Assembly (NCBI GenBank): GCA_012514635.1
Contig: JAAYZX010000007.1
Location: 23,735-87,734 of the forward strand
Source of the DNA: Actinomycetota bacterium
GTDB taxonomy: Bacteria; Actinomycetota; Thermoleophilia; RBG-16-64-13
DNA length: 64,000 nt
Direction of reading: 5' to 3'
Each line of letters starts with the position of its first letter. The first letter of the stretch is position 1. The notes beneath the pieces were generated by a model that was not told the DNA's origin, did not search any database, and saw only the letters and a list, made by a program, of their open reading frames with translations. Of this stretch, positions 37,939 to 48,200 are shown one piece after another. Position numbers and translations under genes: made by a program.

Positions 37939-38565
37939 TTAGTGGGTGATGAGCGTTGTGCGGGTCATGCGTACAGTCGCCCGCATAAGGTGTGTGAAGC
38001 TCTTGGTGTGAAGACCGGCCGGATTGAATGCGCGTATCATGACCCAGGTTCCCAAGTTTTCCCAGAAGCCGGCCGTCCAGAAGCGCAGTCCCGGAGAAGG
38101 TTGGTAGCTGAACTCGAATCCAAAGCGGGCGGCCAAAGCAACTGTGCGTTCGGCTTCATCGGCGGTAACGAAACCGAACCTTCCTTCGAAGAGCGCGACG
38201 GCGTCGAGTTCGGCGTGATCGTCTAGGTAGGTTGCCAGATCATGGAGAGAGGAACGCAGCATCTGCCCGAAGGCGACCGCCCAGCGCAGTGTGGCACCTT
38301 CTGCTGCCAGGACCGGGAGATTCTCGTTGACGAAGTGCAATCTGCCAATAGTGTCGCCTGGTTGTACGGTGACGCCGTCGTGGGACGTGAACGGACGAGT
38401 GGCAGGCACCAACTGGAGGCGCAATATGCACTCCGGACGGGCGGAAATATCCAAGATACCCATTCGTTTGCGGAGAAGGCGGTCGCCTGCGGCGACGACG
38501 CGCCGCAGGCCCGCCGGCGCTACTGCGCCGGCGGGCCCAGGCGCGCGTATCTCGTCGCGTCGCAT
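37939..38565 (-). CDS. Hypothetical protein (208 aa), translationally coupled downstream of the aminotransferase gene
   Basis: Its ATG lies 3 nt after the aminotransferase stop on the minus strand. Non-repetitive composition. No family recognised. Confidence 0.4.
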   Translation of the reverse strand: MRRDEIRAPGPAGAVAPAGLRRVVAAGDRLLRKRMGILDISARPECILRLQLVPATRPFTSHDGVTVQPGDTIGRLHFVNENLPVLAAEGATLRWAVAFGQMLRSSLHDLATYLDDHAELDAVALFEGRFGFVTADEAERTVALAARFGFEFSYQPSPGLRFWTAGFWENLGTWVMIRAFNPAGLHTKSFTHLMRATVRMTRTTLITH

Positions 38566-38568
38566 GTT

Positions 38569-39702
38569 TCAGGGGCCGCCGGCGCCGAGATACTCGTCGA
38601 ACGCCGCCAGTGCATCGGGAAAGGTGACGCGACCTAGTCCGATACGCACATGGGAATCTCCGTAGCCGTACACAGTTGAAGGAAGCAACAGAATCGCCGC
38701 CCGATGAGCCGTTTCGTGGCAGAGCTGTGCTGCGCCGACGGCGCAACGCAGCCTCGGGAAGCACACCGTTCCCGCCCGCGGGGGAATCAGCTGAAACAGA
38801 TCAGGCCGCCGTGCGCAGAACTCTGCGAGGAGATGGAGGTTGTAAATGACGCGCTCGCGATGCGCCGGGAGCAGTTGATTGCGCCCGCGCAGGGCCGCCA
38901 GAGCCAGTATCTCCGAGGGGGCTGGTGTACATATGGTGGTGTAGTCCTTGAGGGAGGCACAAATCTGCAGGATGGATGTGTCTCTGCATACCAGCCATCC
39001 CAGGCGCAATCCCGGGAGTCCGTAGGTCTTGGACATGCCGCTCAGCACTATGGCGCCGGACGATAGCTCCACTGCAGACGGGAGTGTGGAGTAGCCGGGT
39101 AGTTCCAGGCCTCGATACATCTCGTCGGAGAAGAGAACGGCGCCGGCACGGCGTGTAAGGTCCACGATACGGCGGAAAGTAGCGGGTGGGGGCAGATAGC
39201 CCGTGGGATTGTGGGGGAAGTTGCAGACCACCAAGCGCGTGGATCCCGGGCGGAGGAGGGTGGAGAGATCTTCCGTTGCGAACCGCCAGCCCTCCTCCTC
39301 GCGTGGACGCCAGAAAGAAAGGTCGGCGCCTAAGCCGCGGGCCACCTCGTAGAGAGACTGGTAGCCGGGAAAAGTAGAGATGACGTGATCTCCGGGCTTC
39401 ACGAGGGCCAACATTGTAAGAAGTATGCCTTCCTCGGGTACCACCACGAGCACGTCGTCGGGAGAAAGGAGAGGTGATTCGGGGGTGTATAGGTTGGCGA
39501 TCTCCTGACGCAGAATCGGCAATCCCTGAGACTCAGTGTAGCCAAGGGTCAGCGATTGCCAGAGAGCGGTGGTCTCCTCGTCGGCCTGTGCAAGCAGTGC
39601 GTGCAGCGAAGGGCCGTCGCAGTCGGAGGCACACAGCAGGTAGCGCGAAGCAAACTCATACCGCGCGAAATACCGCTCCAGTGCAAATGGCGCCAAGTGC
39701 AT
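38569..39702 (-). CDS. PLP-dependent aminotransferase, class I/II fold
   Basis: N-terminal LERYFARYEF, SGMSKTYGLPGLRLGW (PLP-lysine region), NPTG. The track ORF's first 78 codons are probably 5' leader. The true start is the ATG at 39702, preceded 12 nt upstream by TATAAT. Confidence 0.75.
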   Translation of the reverse strand: MHLAPFALERYFARYEFASRYLLCASDCDGPSLHALLAQADEETTALWQSLTLGYTESQGLPILRQEIANLYTPESPLLSPDDVLVVVPEEGILLTMLALVKPGDHVISTFPGYQSLYEVARGLGADLSFWRPREEEGWRFATEDLSTLLRPGSTRLVVCNFPHNPTGYLPPPATFRRIVDLTRRAGAVLFSDEMYRGLELPGYSTLPSAVELSSGAIVLSGMSKTYGLPGLRLGWLVCRDTSILQICASLKDYTTICTPAPSEILALAALRGRNQLLPAHRERVIYNLHLLAEFCARRPDLFQLIPPRAGTVCFPRLRCAVGAAQLCHETAHRAAILLLPSTVYGYGDSHVRIGLGRVTFPDALAAFDEYLGAGGP

Positions 39703-39992
39703 TGGAAATAGATTATAGACGGAATAAGTTCTGTATGTGAGGTTGACGTGCGTATCGGGTAGGGATAACTTTGCGCGACCGCCCACAGTGTGCTTGGACG
39801 TTCTGGTCGGTTGAGTGATCCCGACTGGGAAGAAAGGCCGGACCAACGGAATGCAGCGACTCTGGAGAACAGACGGCGACGGCCGTCTGCGGAGAATGAT
39901 GTCGCGGCGTTCGCCGCAGGCAAATTGGCGGTTCACCCGGGTCGTGCGCCGGTGGAGCCAAGACTACGTCGGCCGCCATCTATTTTGCGCAG

Positions 39993-40367
39993 GTGCGTGC
40001 TCTTCTCAGCAGACATTCAGAAGTGTGTCTCCTCGGTCGTTCGTTGACGGGGGACGTTGTGCAGCGGGCGGGACAAGTATTGATGCTGGCGGCCGGATGG
40101 AACCTGATTGGGATACTGTTGTTGGCGGCCGTAGAAGTGCCGGGATCCGGTTTCAATTTGGAGCACATGGTATTCGAACAGCTCTCTGCATTCGGCACGG
40201 TTGGACTCTCGGCTGATGTGACGTCGGCGCTGTCGGTGGCGGGCAAGATGTGGATAATCGTCACGATGTTCGTTGGAAGGCTGGGACCGCTGACGCTTGC
40301 CACCTGGGTGAAATCAGGGAGAAGACCACGTGTGAAATATCCCGAGGGGAGGGTGATGATTGGATGA
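39993..40367 (+). pseudogene. ktrB: Remnant of K+ transporter membrane subunit ktrB/trkH (C-terminal about 110 aa only)
   Basis: FEQLSAFGTVGLSADVTS...GKMWIIVTMFVGRLGPLTLA is the conserved C-terminal end of TrkH/KtrB. The other 350 aa are absent. Upstream DNA is occupied by an opposite-strand gene. Confidence 0.6.
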
Positions 40368-41053
40368 CTCACAGGAAGCAGTTATGCGTCATTGGGCTGG
40401 GGCAATTCGGCAGCGAGCTGGCCCGCAATCTGGCCGGAGATTGTGAGGTGCTTGCCCTAGATCTCGATGTGCAGCGGGTGGATGAGATAGCAGATTATGT
40501 GCAGCGGGCACTTGTAGTAGATGCCCGCGATCTGGAGGCATTGCGGTCTACGGTTTCAGAAGATTTCGACGAGGCCATAGTGAGCATGGGGGAGGGTCTC
40601 GAAGCGAGCATCCTGTGCACACTGCACCTGAGCCGGTTGGGTGTGCGCAGTATCCGGGCCAAGGCCGTCACCGAAGACCACGCCTCCATCCTGCGCATGG
40701 TTGGCGCTTCCCACGTAATTTTTCCGGAACGGGAAACAGCGCGTCGGGTGGCCGCGCAGATCGTTCGTCCTAATCTGGTGGACTATCTACCTCTCGAAGG
40801 CGAATACCTTGTTCAGGATGTCTTGCTGCCCGACGTGTTTGTGGGTCGGAGCATCGGTGAACTGCGTTTGCGCACCCATTTCAACGCGCTGGTCATGGCC
40901 GTGCGTACGCAGGACGCTCCCTATTTTGTGTTTCTTCCCTCTCCCGACTACGTGTGTTCACAGGGTGATGTATTGGTAATGATTGGACGTAAAGACGACT
41001 TAGATGCTCTAGGAGCCACCCGGTCGTTGCCCCCATTGCAGGAGAAGCGATAG
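40364..41053 (+). CDS. ktrA: K+ uptake regulatory subunit KtrA/TrkA (RCK_N + RCK_C)
   Basis: Rossmann VIGLGQFGSELARNL, then RCK_C. The ATG at 40364 overlaps the end of the ktrB remnant. Confidence 0.8.
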   Translation: MTHRKQLCVIGLGQFGSELARNLAGDCEVLALDLDVQRVDEIADYVQRALVVDARDLEALRSTVSEDFDEAIVSMGEGLEASILCTLHLSRLGVRSIRAKAVTEDHASILRMVGASHVIFPERETARRVAAQIVRPNLVDYLPLEGEYLVQDVLLPDVFVGRSIGELRLRTHFNALVMAVRTQDAPYFVFLPSPDYVCSQGDVLVMIGRKDDLDALGATRSLPPLQEKR

Positions 41054-41070
41054 GCGCCCGAGGGGTATGG

Positions 41071-41922
41071 GTGAGCAGGAAAGTGATAAATGAAGCTCAC
41101 ACGCCGAGATCTGCGGAAGTGTCGGCACGGCGTATTGCTGCGCGCGCAGCCACAGCGGTGACCGGCGCGGTGTTGCTTGCCTATCATCTACCGATACTCG
41201 CGTCTCTCCCGGCGCCTTCTTGGCTGCGGCGCACGTTTGGTGTGCGTGATCGTTTGTCCGGATCTGTCGGAATGGCCCTGACTTTTGATGACGGTCCCGA
41301 TCCGCATGGTACCCCCGCTGTTTTAGAAGCGCTGGAGAGCTTGGGGGTCGTAGCGACATTCTTCTTGGTGGGTGAGAGGGTGGAGCGCTATCCGTCGGTG
41401 GCTCGGGAGATCGTTGCTGCCGGCCATGGTATAGGTGCTCACGGTTACCGCCATCTTCCACAGCCTCTGCTAGCCCCCTGGGCAATTGAGGAAGACTTGG
41501 AGCGGGGCCTGAGCGTTGTGGGAGAGGTGACAGGTCTGTTGCCGTGTCACTTCCGTCCTCCATACGGGATCGTGAGCTTACCGGGACTGGCGTGGGTGAG
41601 GCGGCATGGTGGCTCCACGTGGCTGTGGACTACCGATGGACGCGATTGGGAGCGCAATGCGACCCCCGCGTCCATCGCGGGGAAAATTCTGAGGCGGGCC
41701 GTCGCAGGGGGAGTGATTCTGCTCCACGACGGTGACGAATATGGGACCTGCGGGTCGTGGGAGAACGTGGTGGCCACTCTACCGGTCATTGTGCAGGGAT
41801 TGCAGGCGCGCGGCCTACACATCAGACCGCTATCCGATAACAGGTGTTATGCTTGCAGTGTAAGTTGTGACTCGAGGAGAATGCCGGTCACAACCGGCGG
41901 AATCGAAGTAGCGAGAGATTAA
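41071..41922 (+). CDS. Polysaccharide deacetylase (NodB-domain) family protein with N-terminal TM anchor
   Basis: LTFDDGPDP, HGYRH, LLHDGD motifs. GAGGGG RBS before the GTG at 41071. Confidence 0.75.
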   Translation: MSRKVINEAHTPRSAEVSARRIAARAATAVTGAVLLAYHLPILASLPAPSWLRRTFGVRDRLSGSVGMALTFDDGPDPHGTPAVLEALESLGVVATFFLVGERVERYPSVAREIVAAGHGIGAHGYRHLPQPLLAPWAIEEDLERGLSVVGEVTGLLPCHFRPPYGIVSLPGLAWVRRHGGSTWLWTTDGRDWERNATPASIAGKILRRAVAGGVILLHDGDEYGTCGSWENVVATLPVIVQGLQARGLHIRPLSDNRCYACSVSCDSRRMPVTTGGIEVARD

Positions 41923-42005
41923 ACGGCCGGAAACCGCGCGTTCCTTGACCGGCCGCGGGGTGTGAGAGTGGATGGTTTGTCCACCGCTGGGGGGAGGAAG
42001 GGGCA

Positions 42006-43307
42006 ATGGAAGAGAACGCGGAAGCTTGTGGCCTGGAGGCTACGGAGACGACGCCCTGTGACGAGGCCAAGCTTCTCGATGCGGCATACATGCATTTTCG
42101 GGAGGCGGTCTCACATCTCATGCTTGAGCCGGGGATGGCCGAGCTGCTATGGCGGGGCTCGCGGAGCTATGTAGTGGAATTCCCGGTGCGTATGGACGAC
42201 GGGTCCATCCGGGTTTTCAGCGGTTATCGTGTGCAGCACTCCACGCACCGCGGGCCGGCCAAAGGCGGAATCAGATTTCACCCCAGTGTAGATCTGGACG
42301 AAATCAAGGCATTGGCAGCCCTCATGACCTGGAAGTGCGCCGTCATGAATATTCCGTTCGGGGGCGCCAAGGGCGGAGTACAGTGTGATCCTCCTGAGCT
42401 GTCGTTGGGTGAGTTGGAACGCATCACTCGTCGTTTTACCTGGGAGATTGCGCGTTTTATTGGGCCGGAGAGGGATATCCCGGCTCCAGACGTATTCACC
42501 AACGCTCAAACCATGGCTTGGATCATGGATACGTATTCAATCTTGGCCGGTTACACTGTGCCGGGAGTGGTCACCGGCAAGCCTGTAGATGTGGGTGGTA
42601 GCTTGGGTCGAGAGGCAGCTACGGCGCAGGGGGTCGTCTATGTCATCCGCGAGTCCGCCCACTATTTGGGAATGGATCTCCAAGGCGCCACTGTCGCGGT
42701 ACAAGGTTTCGGCAATGTGGGCTGGCACACCGCACGATTGCTCAGCGAGCTCGGTTGTTTTGTTATTGCTATCAGTGACGTCTTCGGTGGCGTCTACAAC
42801 GACAAGGGACTTGCCGTAAGACGAGATGTCAGAGCCCATCTCGATGCTACCGGTTCCGTGGTCAATGCACCCGGGACGGAATCCATCTCCAACGCGGAGT
42901 TGCTGGAGTTGGACGTGGATATTCTGGTGCCGGCCGCGATTGAAGGGCAGATAACCAAGGACAATGCGACTCGTGTCAAGGCCCGTATCATCGCGGAAGG
43001 TGCGAACGGTCCCACCACGCCGTCGGCCGATGTCATCCTTGCCGAGAAGAACGTATTCGTGGTGCCCGACATCTTGGCCAACGGCGGAGGAGTAACCGTC
43101 TCCTACTTCGAGTGGGTGCAGAACACTCAGAAGCTGTTTTGGCAGGAAGAGGACATCAACTCCCGCCTCGATGCGATCATGACGCGCGCCTTCCGGGACG
43201 TGTTACGCATCGCCGAGAGAGAAAAGGTGAGTATGCGCACTGCCGCGTATATCTTGGCTGTGGAACGCGTGGCTGTGGCCGCCCGTCTGCGGGGGATCTT
43301 CCCCTGA
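42006..43307 (+). CDS. gdh: Glu/Leu/Phe/Val-family NAD(P)-dependent glutamate dehydrogenase
   Basis: KGGIRFHPSV, GGAKGG glycine-rich active-site motifs, GFGNVG Rossmann. GGAGGAAGGGG RBS. Confidence 0.9.
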   Translation: MEENAEACGLEATETTPCDEAKLLDAAYMHFREAVSHLMLEPGMAELLWRGSRSYVVEFPVRMDDGSIRVFSGYRVQHSTHRGPAKGGIRFHPSVDLDEIKALAALMTWKCAVMNIPFGGAKGGVQCDPPELSLGELERITRRFTWEIARFIGPERDIPAPDVFTNAQTMAWIMDTYSILAGYTVPGVVTGKPVDVGGSLGREAATAQGVVYVIRESAHYLGMDLQGATVAVQGFGNVGWHTARLLSELGCFVIAISDVFGGVYNDKGLAVRRDVRAHLDATGSVVNAPGTESISNAELLELDVDILVPAAIEGQITKDNATRVKARIIAEGANGPTTPSADVILAEKNVFVVPDILANGGGVTVSYFEWVQNTQKLFWQEEDINSRLDAIMTRAFRDVLRIAEREKVSMRTAAYILAVERVAVAARLRGIFP

Positions 43308-43356
43308 TCTTCGCCGGGGTCTGAAACCGGCAACCGGATGAGCCTCCTCATCCCGA

Positions 43357-43390
43357 GAGGCGCTCCCGGCGGGGCGCCTCCCTTTCTTTG
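43357..43390. terminator. Rho-independent terminator between convergent gdh and the MFS gene
   Basis: GAGGCGC-TCCCGGCGG-GGCGCCTC followed by CCTTTCTTTG. Confidence 0.55.
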
Positions 43391-43497
43391 AATCAGCCGG
43401 ATGCTACTGTGAGCCTATGAAGGCATTTGTACAGCTGCTGGGTGTAATGGGGTTGGGGGCGGTGCAACTGCCGGCGTATTGGCTGTTGGCTTGATGT

Positions 43498-45033
43498 CTA
43501 CTGTGTAATCCTGCGCGGTCCACGGACCAGGGAAACAGCCGCGGATACCACGGCTATACCCGCGGACAGGAACATGGCGGTACGGTAACCGGAGGCAAAG
43601 GACTGTGTCGCCGTGTGACTTGCCTCTTCACCCAGAAAGAGCACGCGGCCACCGGTGGGTCCCAATCCGGATGCTGTTACGGCACCCAGCAGAGCTACGG
43701 AGATGCTCTGTCCTACCGTTCGCATGGTGCCCAAGAAGCCCGCAGCAAGACTGAGCTGCGAGCGCTCCACCGAGCCCATCACCGAAGAGGTATTGGGCGA
43801 TCCAAACGCTGCCATACCTAGACCTACGGTACCCAGAGCCAGAAGCACCCGCCAGGAGGGACTCGATGCAGACAGGTAGGCCAGCTGAGCCATGCCGGCT
43901 GCCGCCACCAGCATGCCGCCCGTGGCCGGAGCGCGGGAGCCGATCCGATCAGACAACAGCCCAAAGACGGGAGACAGACCGGCCATGAATATGGGCTGAA
44001 TGAGCAGAAGCAGTCCGGTTCGCTGAGGAGAGGCGCCCTGAACCACCTCCAGAAAGATGGCGGTGAACACGGTTACGCCGTAGCCGGCCGCGAAATTCAG
44101 AAGGGCCGCCAGGTTGCCGGCGGCGAATGCCCGATTGTAGCGGACCAACTTCAGATCGAGCATGGGGTTGGCGATTCTGCTCTCGACTGAAATGAAGACG
44201 ATCAGTAGCACCACGGAAGCCGCAAGCAGTCCGATGGTGGGTGGGCTCAACCATCCCCAGAAGGGCACGAAAGTGAGCGGCACCACGAGCGCTACCAAGG
44301 AGGTGGAAAGAAGGGCTGCGCCCGGCCAGTCGATGGCACTGGAAGCGTGGATTTTCTTGGCTTGGGCTGGTGCTACTGCGGCTCTGCCTGTCTGACCATG
44401 TATTACTGCTGCCTTTTGATGTCGGTTCTCGGCGCGCATCAGCAGCCAGCCGTTGGCGAGAGTAATGATGGAGATGGGTACGTTGATGAGGAATATCCAA
44501 CGCCAATCAGTGTGGGTGACGATAACACCGCCCAGCGGAGGACCGGCCATGAGCCCGAGGAAGCCCGCACTGGCGTTCATTCCTATACCGCGACCCCTCT
44601 GTGACGGTGGGAATGCTTCCGTGACGAGAGCTGGAGAGGTGGTAGCGGTAAATGCTGCGCCCAGTCCTTGAAGGCTGCGGGCGATGATAAGGAAGACTCC
44701 GTTGGTGGCAAGAGAGCAGGCCAACGAGAACACGCCAAATAGACCGATACCGATAAGATAGAAGCGCATGCGGCCGTACCGATCGGCCAGACGGCCCAGA
44801 GGTATGAGGAAGACGCTTATGGCCAGTAGATAGGCTGCCTGCACCCATAGGGCCTCCGAGTAGCTGAGGCCCAGTGCAGGGCTGAGCACAGGTAGAGCTA
44901 CGGATACAATGGTGCCGTCGAGCGTGCCCATGAACATGCCCACGGAAGTAAGGCTGAGCACTCGCCAGCGTTGACGACGAAACTCGCTCTCCACTGTGGG
45001 GAACGCGTGCTGGTTCAAGCCCTCCCTTTCCAA
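43498..45033 (-). CDS. MFS transporter, DHA2 (EmrB/QacA-like, 14-TMS) family
   Basis: 511 aa. Many hydrophobic helices. MFS motif GRLADRYGRMR. Confidence 0.85.
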   Translation of the reverse strand: MEREGLNQHAFPTVESEFRRQRWRVLSLTSVGMFMGTLDGTIVSVALPVLSPALGLSYSEALWVQAAYLLAISVFLIPLGRLADRYGRMRFYLIGIGLFGVFSLACSLATNGVFLIIARSLQGLGAAFTATTSPALVTEAFPPSQRGRGIGMNASAGFLGLMAGPPLGGVIVTHTDWRWIFLINVPISIITLANGWLLMRAENRHQKAAVIHGQTGRAAVAPAQAKKIHASSAIDWPGAALLSTSLVALVVPLTFVPFWGWLSPPTIGLLAASVVLLIVFISVESRIANPMLDLKLVRYNRAFAAGNLAALLNFAAGYGVTVFTAIFLEVVQGASPQRTGLLLLIQPIFMAGLSPVFGLLSDRIGSRAPATGGMLVAAAGMAQLAYLSASSPSWRVLLALGTVGLGMAAFGSPNTSSVMGSVERSQLSLAAGFLGTMRTVGQSISVALLGAVTASGLGPTGGRVLFLGEEASHTATQSFASGYRTAMFLSAGIAVVSAAVSLVRGPRRITQ

Positions 45034-45191
45034 CGAGCCGGGTTAAGGCTCCGCTATCGGCTGCTGCGGTCCCGGAGAACGTGAGAAGCACCAATAAGAA
45101 TAGCATCGGTCGGCCAAACATGAAGGATGCAGTCCATACTTCTTCTTAGAGGTCAATATCGCCTTCTCGTGACGCAAAGCGGCCTTTGTGC

Positions 45192-45219
45192 TTGCATGCT
45201 GAGCGCATCGCGGTAGTAT
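45192..45219 (+). promoter_or_regulatory. Candidate sigma-70 promoter for carB (TTGCAT-16-TAGTAT)
   Basis: Hexamers at 45192-45197 and 45214-45219 with a 16-nt spacer, about 45 nt upstream of the carB ATG. Confidence 0.4.
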
Positions 45220-45226
45220 GAGTAGG

Positions 45227-45263
45227 CCTTTAATCGCGTCCAGTGAGACCGAAAGGAACCCCC
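45227..45263 (+). promoter_or_regulatory. PyrR-binding box overlapping the carB RBS
   Basis: CCTTTAATCGCGTCCAGTGAGACCGAAAGGAACCCCC. Near-identical to the boxes at 5462 and 6807. Ends at the ATG at 45264. Confidence 0.6.
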
Positions 45264-48200
45264 ATGCCGCGCCGCACGGATATCCATAAGATCCTGCTGT
45301 TGGGATCAGGCCCCATTGTGATCGGGCAGGCCTGCGAATTCGACTATTCCGGTACTCAGGCCTGCAAAGTGCTCATGGAAGAGGGCTACGAGGTGGTATT
45401 GGTGAACTCCAACCCGGCTACCATCATGACCGATCCGGCCTTCGCCCACCGCACGTATATAGAGCCGCTGGTCCCGGAAGTAGTGACACGAATCATCGAG
45501 GTGGAACGTCCCGATGCGCTTCTGCCCACGCTGGGAGGGCAGACGGCGCTCAATCTGGCCGTGGCGCTGCAGGAGGGCGGGGTGCTGGAACGGTTCAGCG
45601 TGGAGATGATTGGCGTCAACTACGAGGCCATTAGGCGGGCGGAGTCCCGCGACGAGTTTCGGGACGCAATGTCCTCTATAGGATTGCGCGTGCCCGACAG
45701 TGCTGTGGTCAACAGCTTGAACGAGGCCCGAGATGCCCTGGATGAGCTCAAGCTGCCCCTGATCATTCGTCCCAGCTTCACGCTGGGTGGCCACGGGGGC
45801 GGCGTGGCCGCCACCGACGCCGAGTTCGACGAGGTTGTTCTGGCCGGTCTAGACGCATCGCCCACCCACCAAGTACTCCTAGAGGAGAGCGTGATTGGTT
45901 GGAAGGAGTTCGAGCTCGAGGTCATGCGCGACATCAAGGACAACGTGATCATCGTCTGTTCTATCGAGAATATCGATCCCATGGGTGTGCACACCGGTGA
46001 CTCCCTCACTGTGGCACCGCAACAGACCCTCACCGATCGCCAATACCAGCGCCTACGTAACGCCTCACTTGCCATCATCCGCGCTATTGGGGTGGACTCC
46101 GGGGGATCCAACATCCAGTTTGCCTACTCGCCGGAGACAGACGGGCTGGTAGTCATCGAGATGAACCCGCGTGTCAGTCGCTCCTCAGCTCTGGCATCCA
46201 AGGCCACCGGCTTTCCCATTGCCAAGATTGCCGCCAGACTGGCTGTGGGTTACACGCTCGACGAGATCCGCAACGACATCACGCGCACGACGCCGGCCTG
46301 TTTTGAGCCAGCCCTGGACTATGTAGTGGTCAAGACACCGCGCTGGGCCTTCGAGAAGTTTCCGTTGGCCGACGCCCGTCTCACCACGCACATGAAGAGC
46401 GTGGGCGAGAACATGGCTATAGGCCGCACGTTCAAGGAGGCCTTCCAGAAGTCTATGCGCTCACGTGAACTGGACGTCAAGCCCGACATCCCTGCCGCCA
46501 ACGGCGCCCTCCTGGCGCTGATCAGCATTCCTTCCGCCGAGCGCTACGATTTCATTCTGGAGGCCTACCGGCGGGGAGTTACGCTACAGGAGATCTTCGA
46601 AGTCACCCGGATCGACAAGTGGTTCCTGGAGGAGCTGCAGGAGATCGTGGAAGCGGAGAATGCCATCAAAGCATGGGCCGATCGCGGCGGCGTTTTTGCC
46701 ATCTCTCGCTCCGATCTGTGGCATGCCAAGCGACTCGGTTTCAGCGATGCGCGCCTGGCGCAGTTCTTGGGTTGCGCAGAGATGGACGTGCGTACGCGGC
46801 GCAAGGTGGAAGGGATCGTGCCTACGTACAAAGGGGTCGACACCTGTGCGGCCGAGTTCGAAGCCTATGCTCCGTACTTCTATTCCACCTACGAGGAGGA
46901 GAACGAGGCCGTTCCTGTGGCGGATAAGCAACGCGTGCTCATTCTGGGAAGCGGTCCCAATCGCATCGGCCAGGGCATCGAGTTTGACTACTGCTGCGTA
47001 CACGCCGTCATGGAGATGCAGCGTCAAGGATATTGCGCAGTGATGGTCAACTGCAACCCCGAGACCGTATCCACTGACTACGATATCTCCGATCGGTTGT
47101 ATTTTGAGCCGCTCACCTTCGAAGATGTCATGAACATCGTGGAGAACGAGCAGCCGATGGGTGTTGTGGTTCAGTTCGGTGGCCAGACGCCGCTCAAGAT
47201 AGCCGAGCGACTGCATGCGGCCGGGGTGCCCATCCTAGGGACTTCGCAAGACGCCATCGACCTGGCGGAAGACCGCCGGCGCTTTGGCGAGGTCCTCGAA
47301 CACTTGGGTCTGCAGGCGCCGCCTTACGGAACGGCGCGCAGCGAGAAGGAGGCCCTCGATATTGCCGAGCGTATCGGTTTTCCGGTTCTGGTTCGGCCCT
47401 CGTACGTATTGGGCGGGCGGGCCATGGAGATTGTGTACGACCGCGATGGTCTCAGGCGATATATTCGGACGGCGGTGAAGGCATCACCGCATCACCCGGT
47501 GTTGATCGATAGGTTCCTGGAGCGATCCGTAGAGATCGATGTAGACGCCGTCTGTGACGGAGAGGACGTATATATCGGCGCCATCATGCAGCATGTGGAG
47601 GAAGCCGGGGTGCACTCGGGCGACTCGGCGTGTGTGATCCCCACAGTCACGCTGGGCGGCTCGGTGCAGGAACAGATCGAGCAGCAGACGGCGGCGCTGG
47701 CTCGCGAGTTGGGCGTGGTGGGCCTGATGAACATCCAGTTCGCTCTGCAGCAGGCATCGGACGGGGCGCGGCTGTACGTGCTGGAAGTCAACCCGCGGGG
47801 CAGTCGCACGGTTCCCTTTGTCAGCAAGGCTACGGGCGTGCCGCTGGCGCGGGTGGCTACGCAGGTCATCGCCGGCCGGCGGCTACGCGACCTCAACCTG
47901 CCGGGCTGGGGGGAAGCGGTGCGCGAGAAACGCGTGCCGCGGTTGCGCAATCTGGATCACGTAGCGGTTAAAGAGGCCGTGCTTCCCTTCCCGCGCTTCC
48001 CGGGAGTAGACACAACATTGGGCCCGGAGATGAAGTCCACCGGCGAAGTCATGGGTTTGGCGTCCAACTTCCCGTTGGCGTTTGATAAGTCACAGCTGGC
48101 GACCGGGATACGTCTGCCGCGCGCCGGGCGTGTGTTCCTGTCGGTAACCGACGCCGACAAGGATCCTGCCGTGCTGGTGGCCCGTATGTTGTGGATGGCG

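Noticed and set aside
38240-38764. Overlapping ORFs 38240-38764 (-), 38242-38637 (+) and 38291-38665 (+)
   Set aside because: These overlap the well-supported aminotransferase and 208-aa genes and have Arg/Pro-rich compositions typical of GC-frame artefacts.
9474-45263. Mobile genomic island, prophage or integrative element between carA and carB
   Set aside because: No integrase, transposase, phage structural genes, tRNA target or flanking direct repeats were found. The content is metabolic and transport genes.
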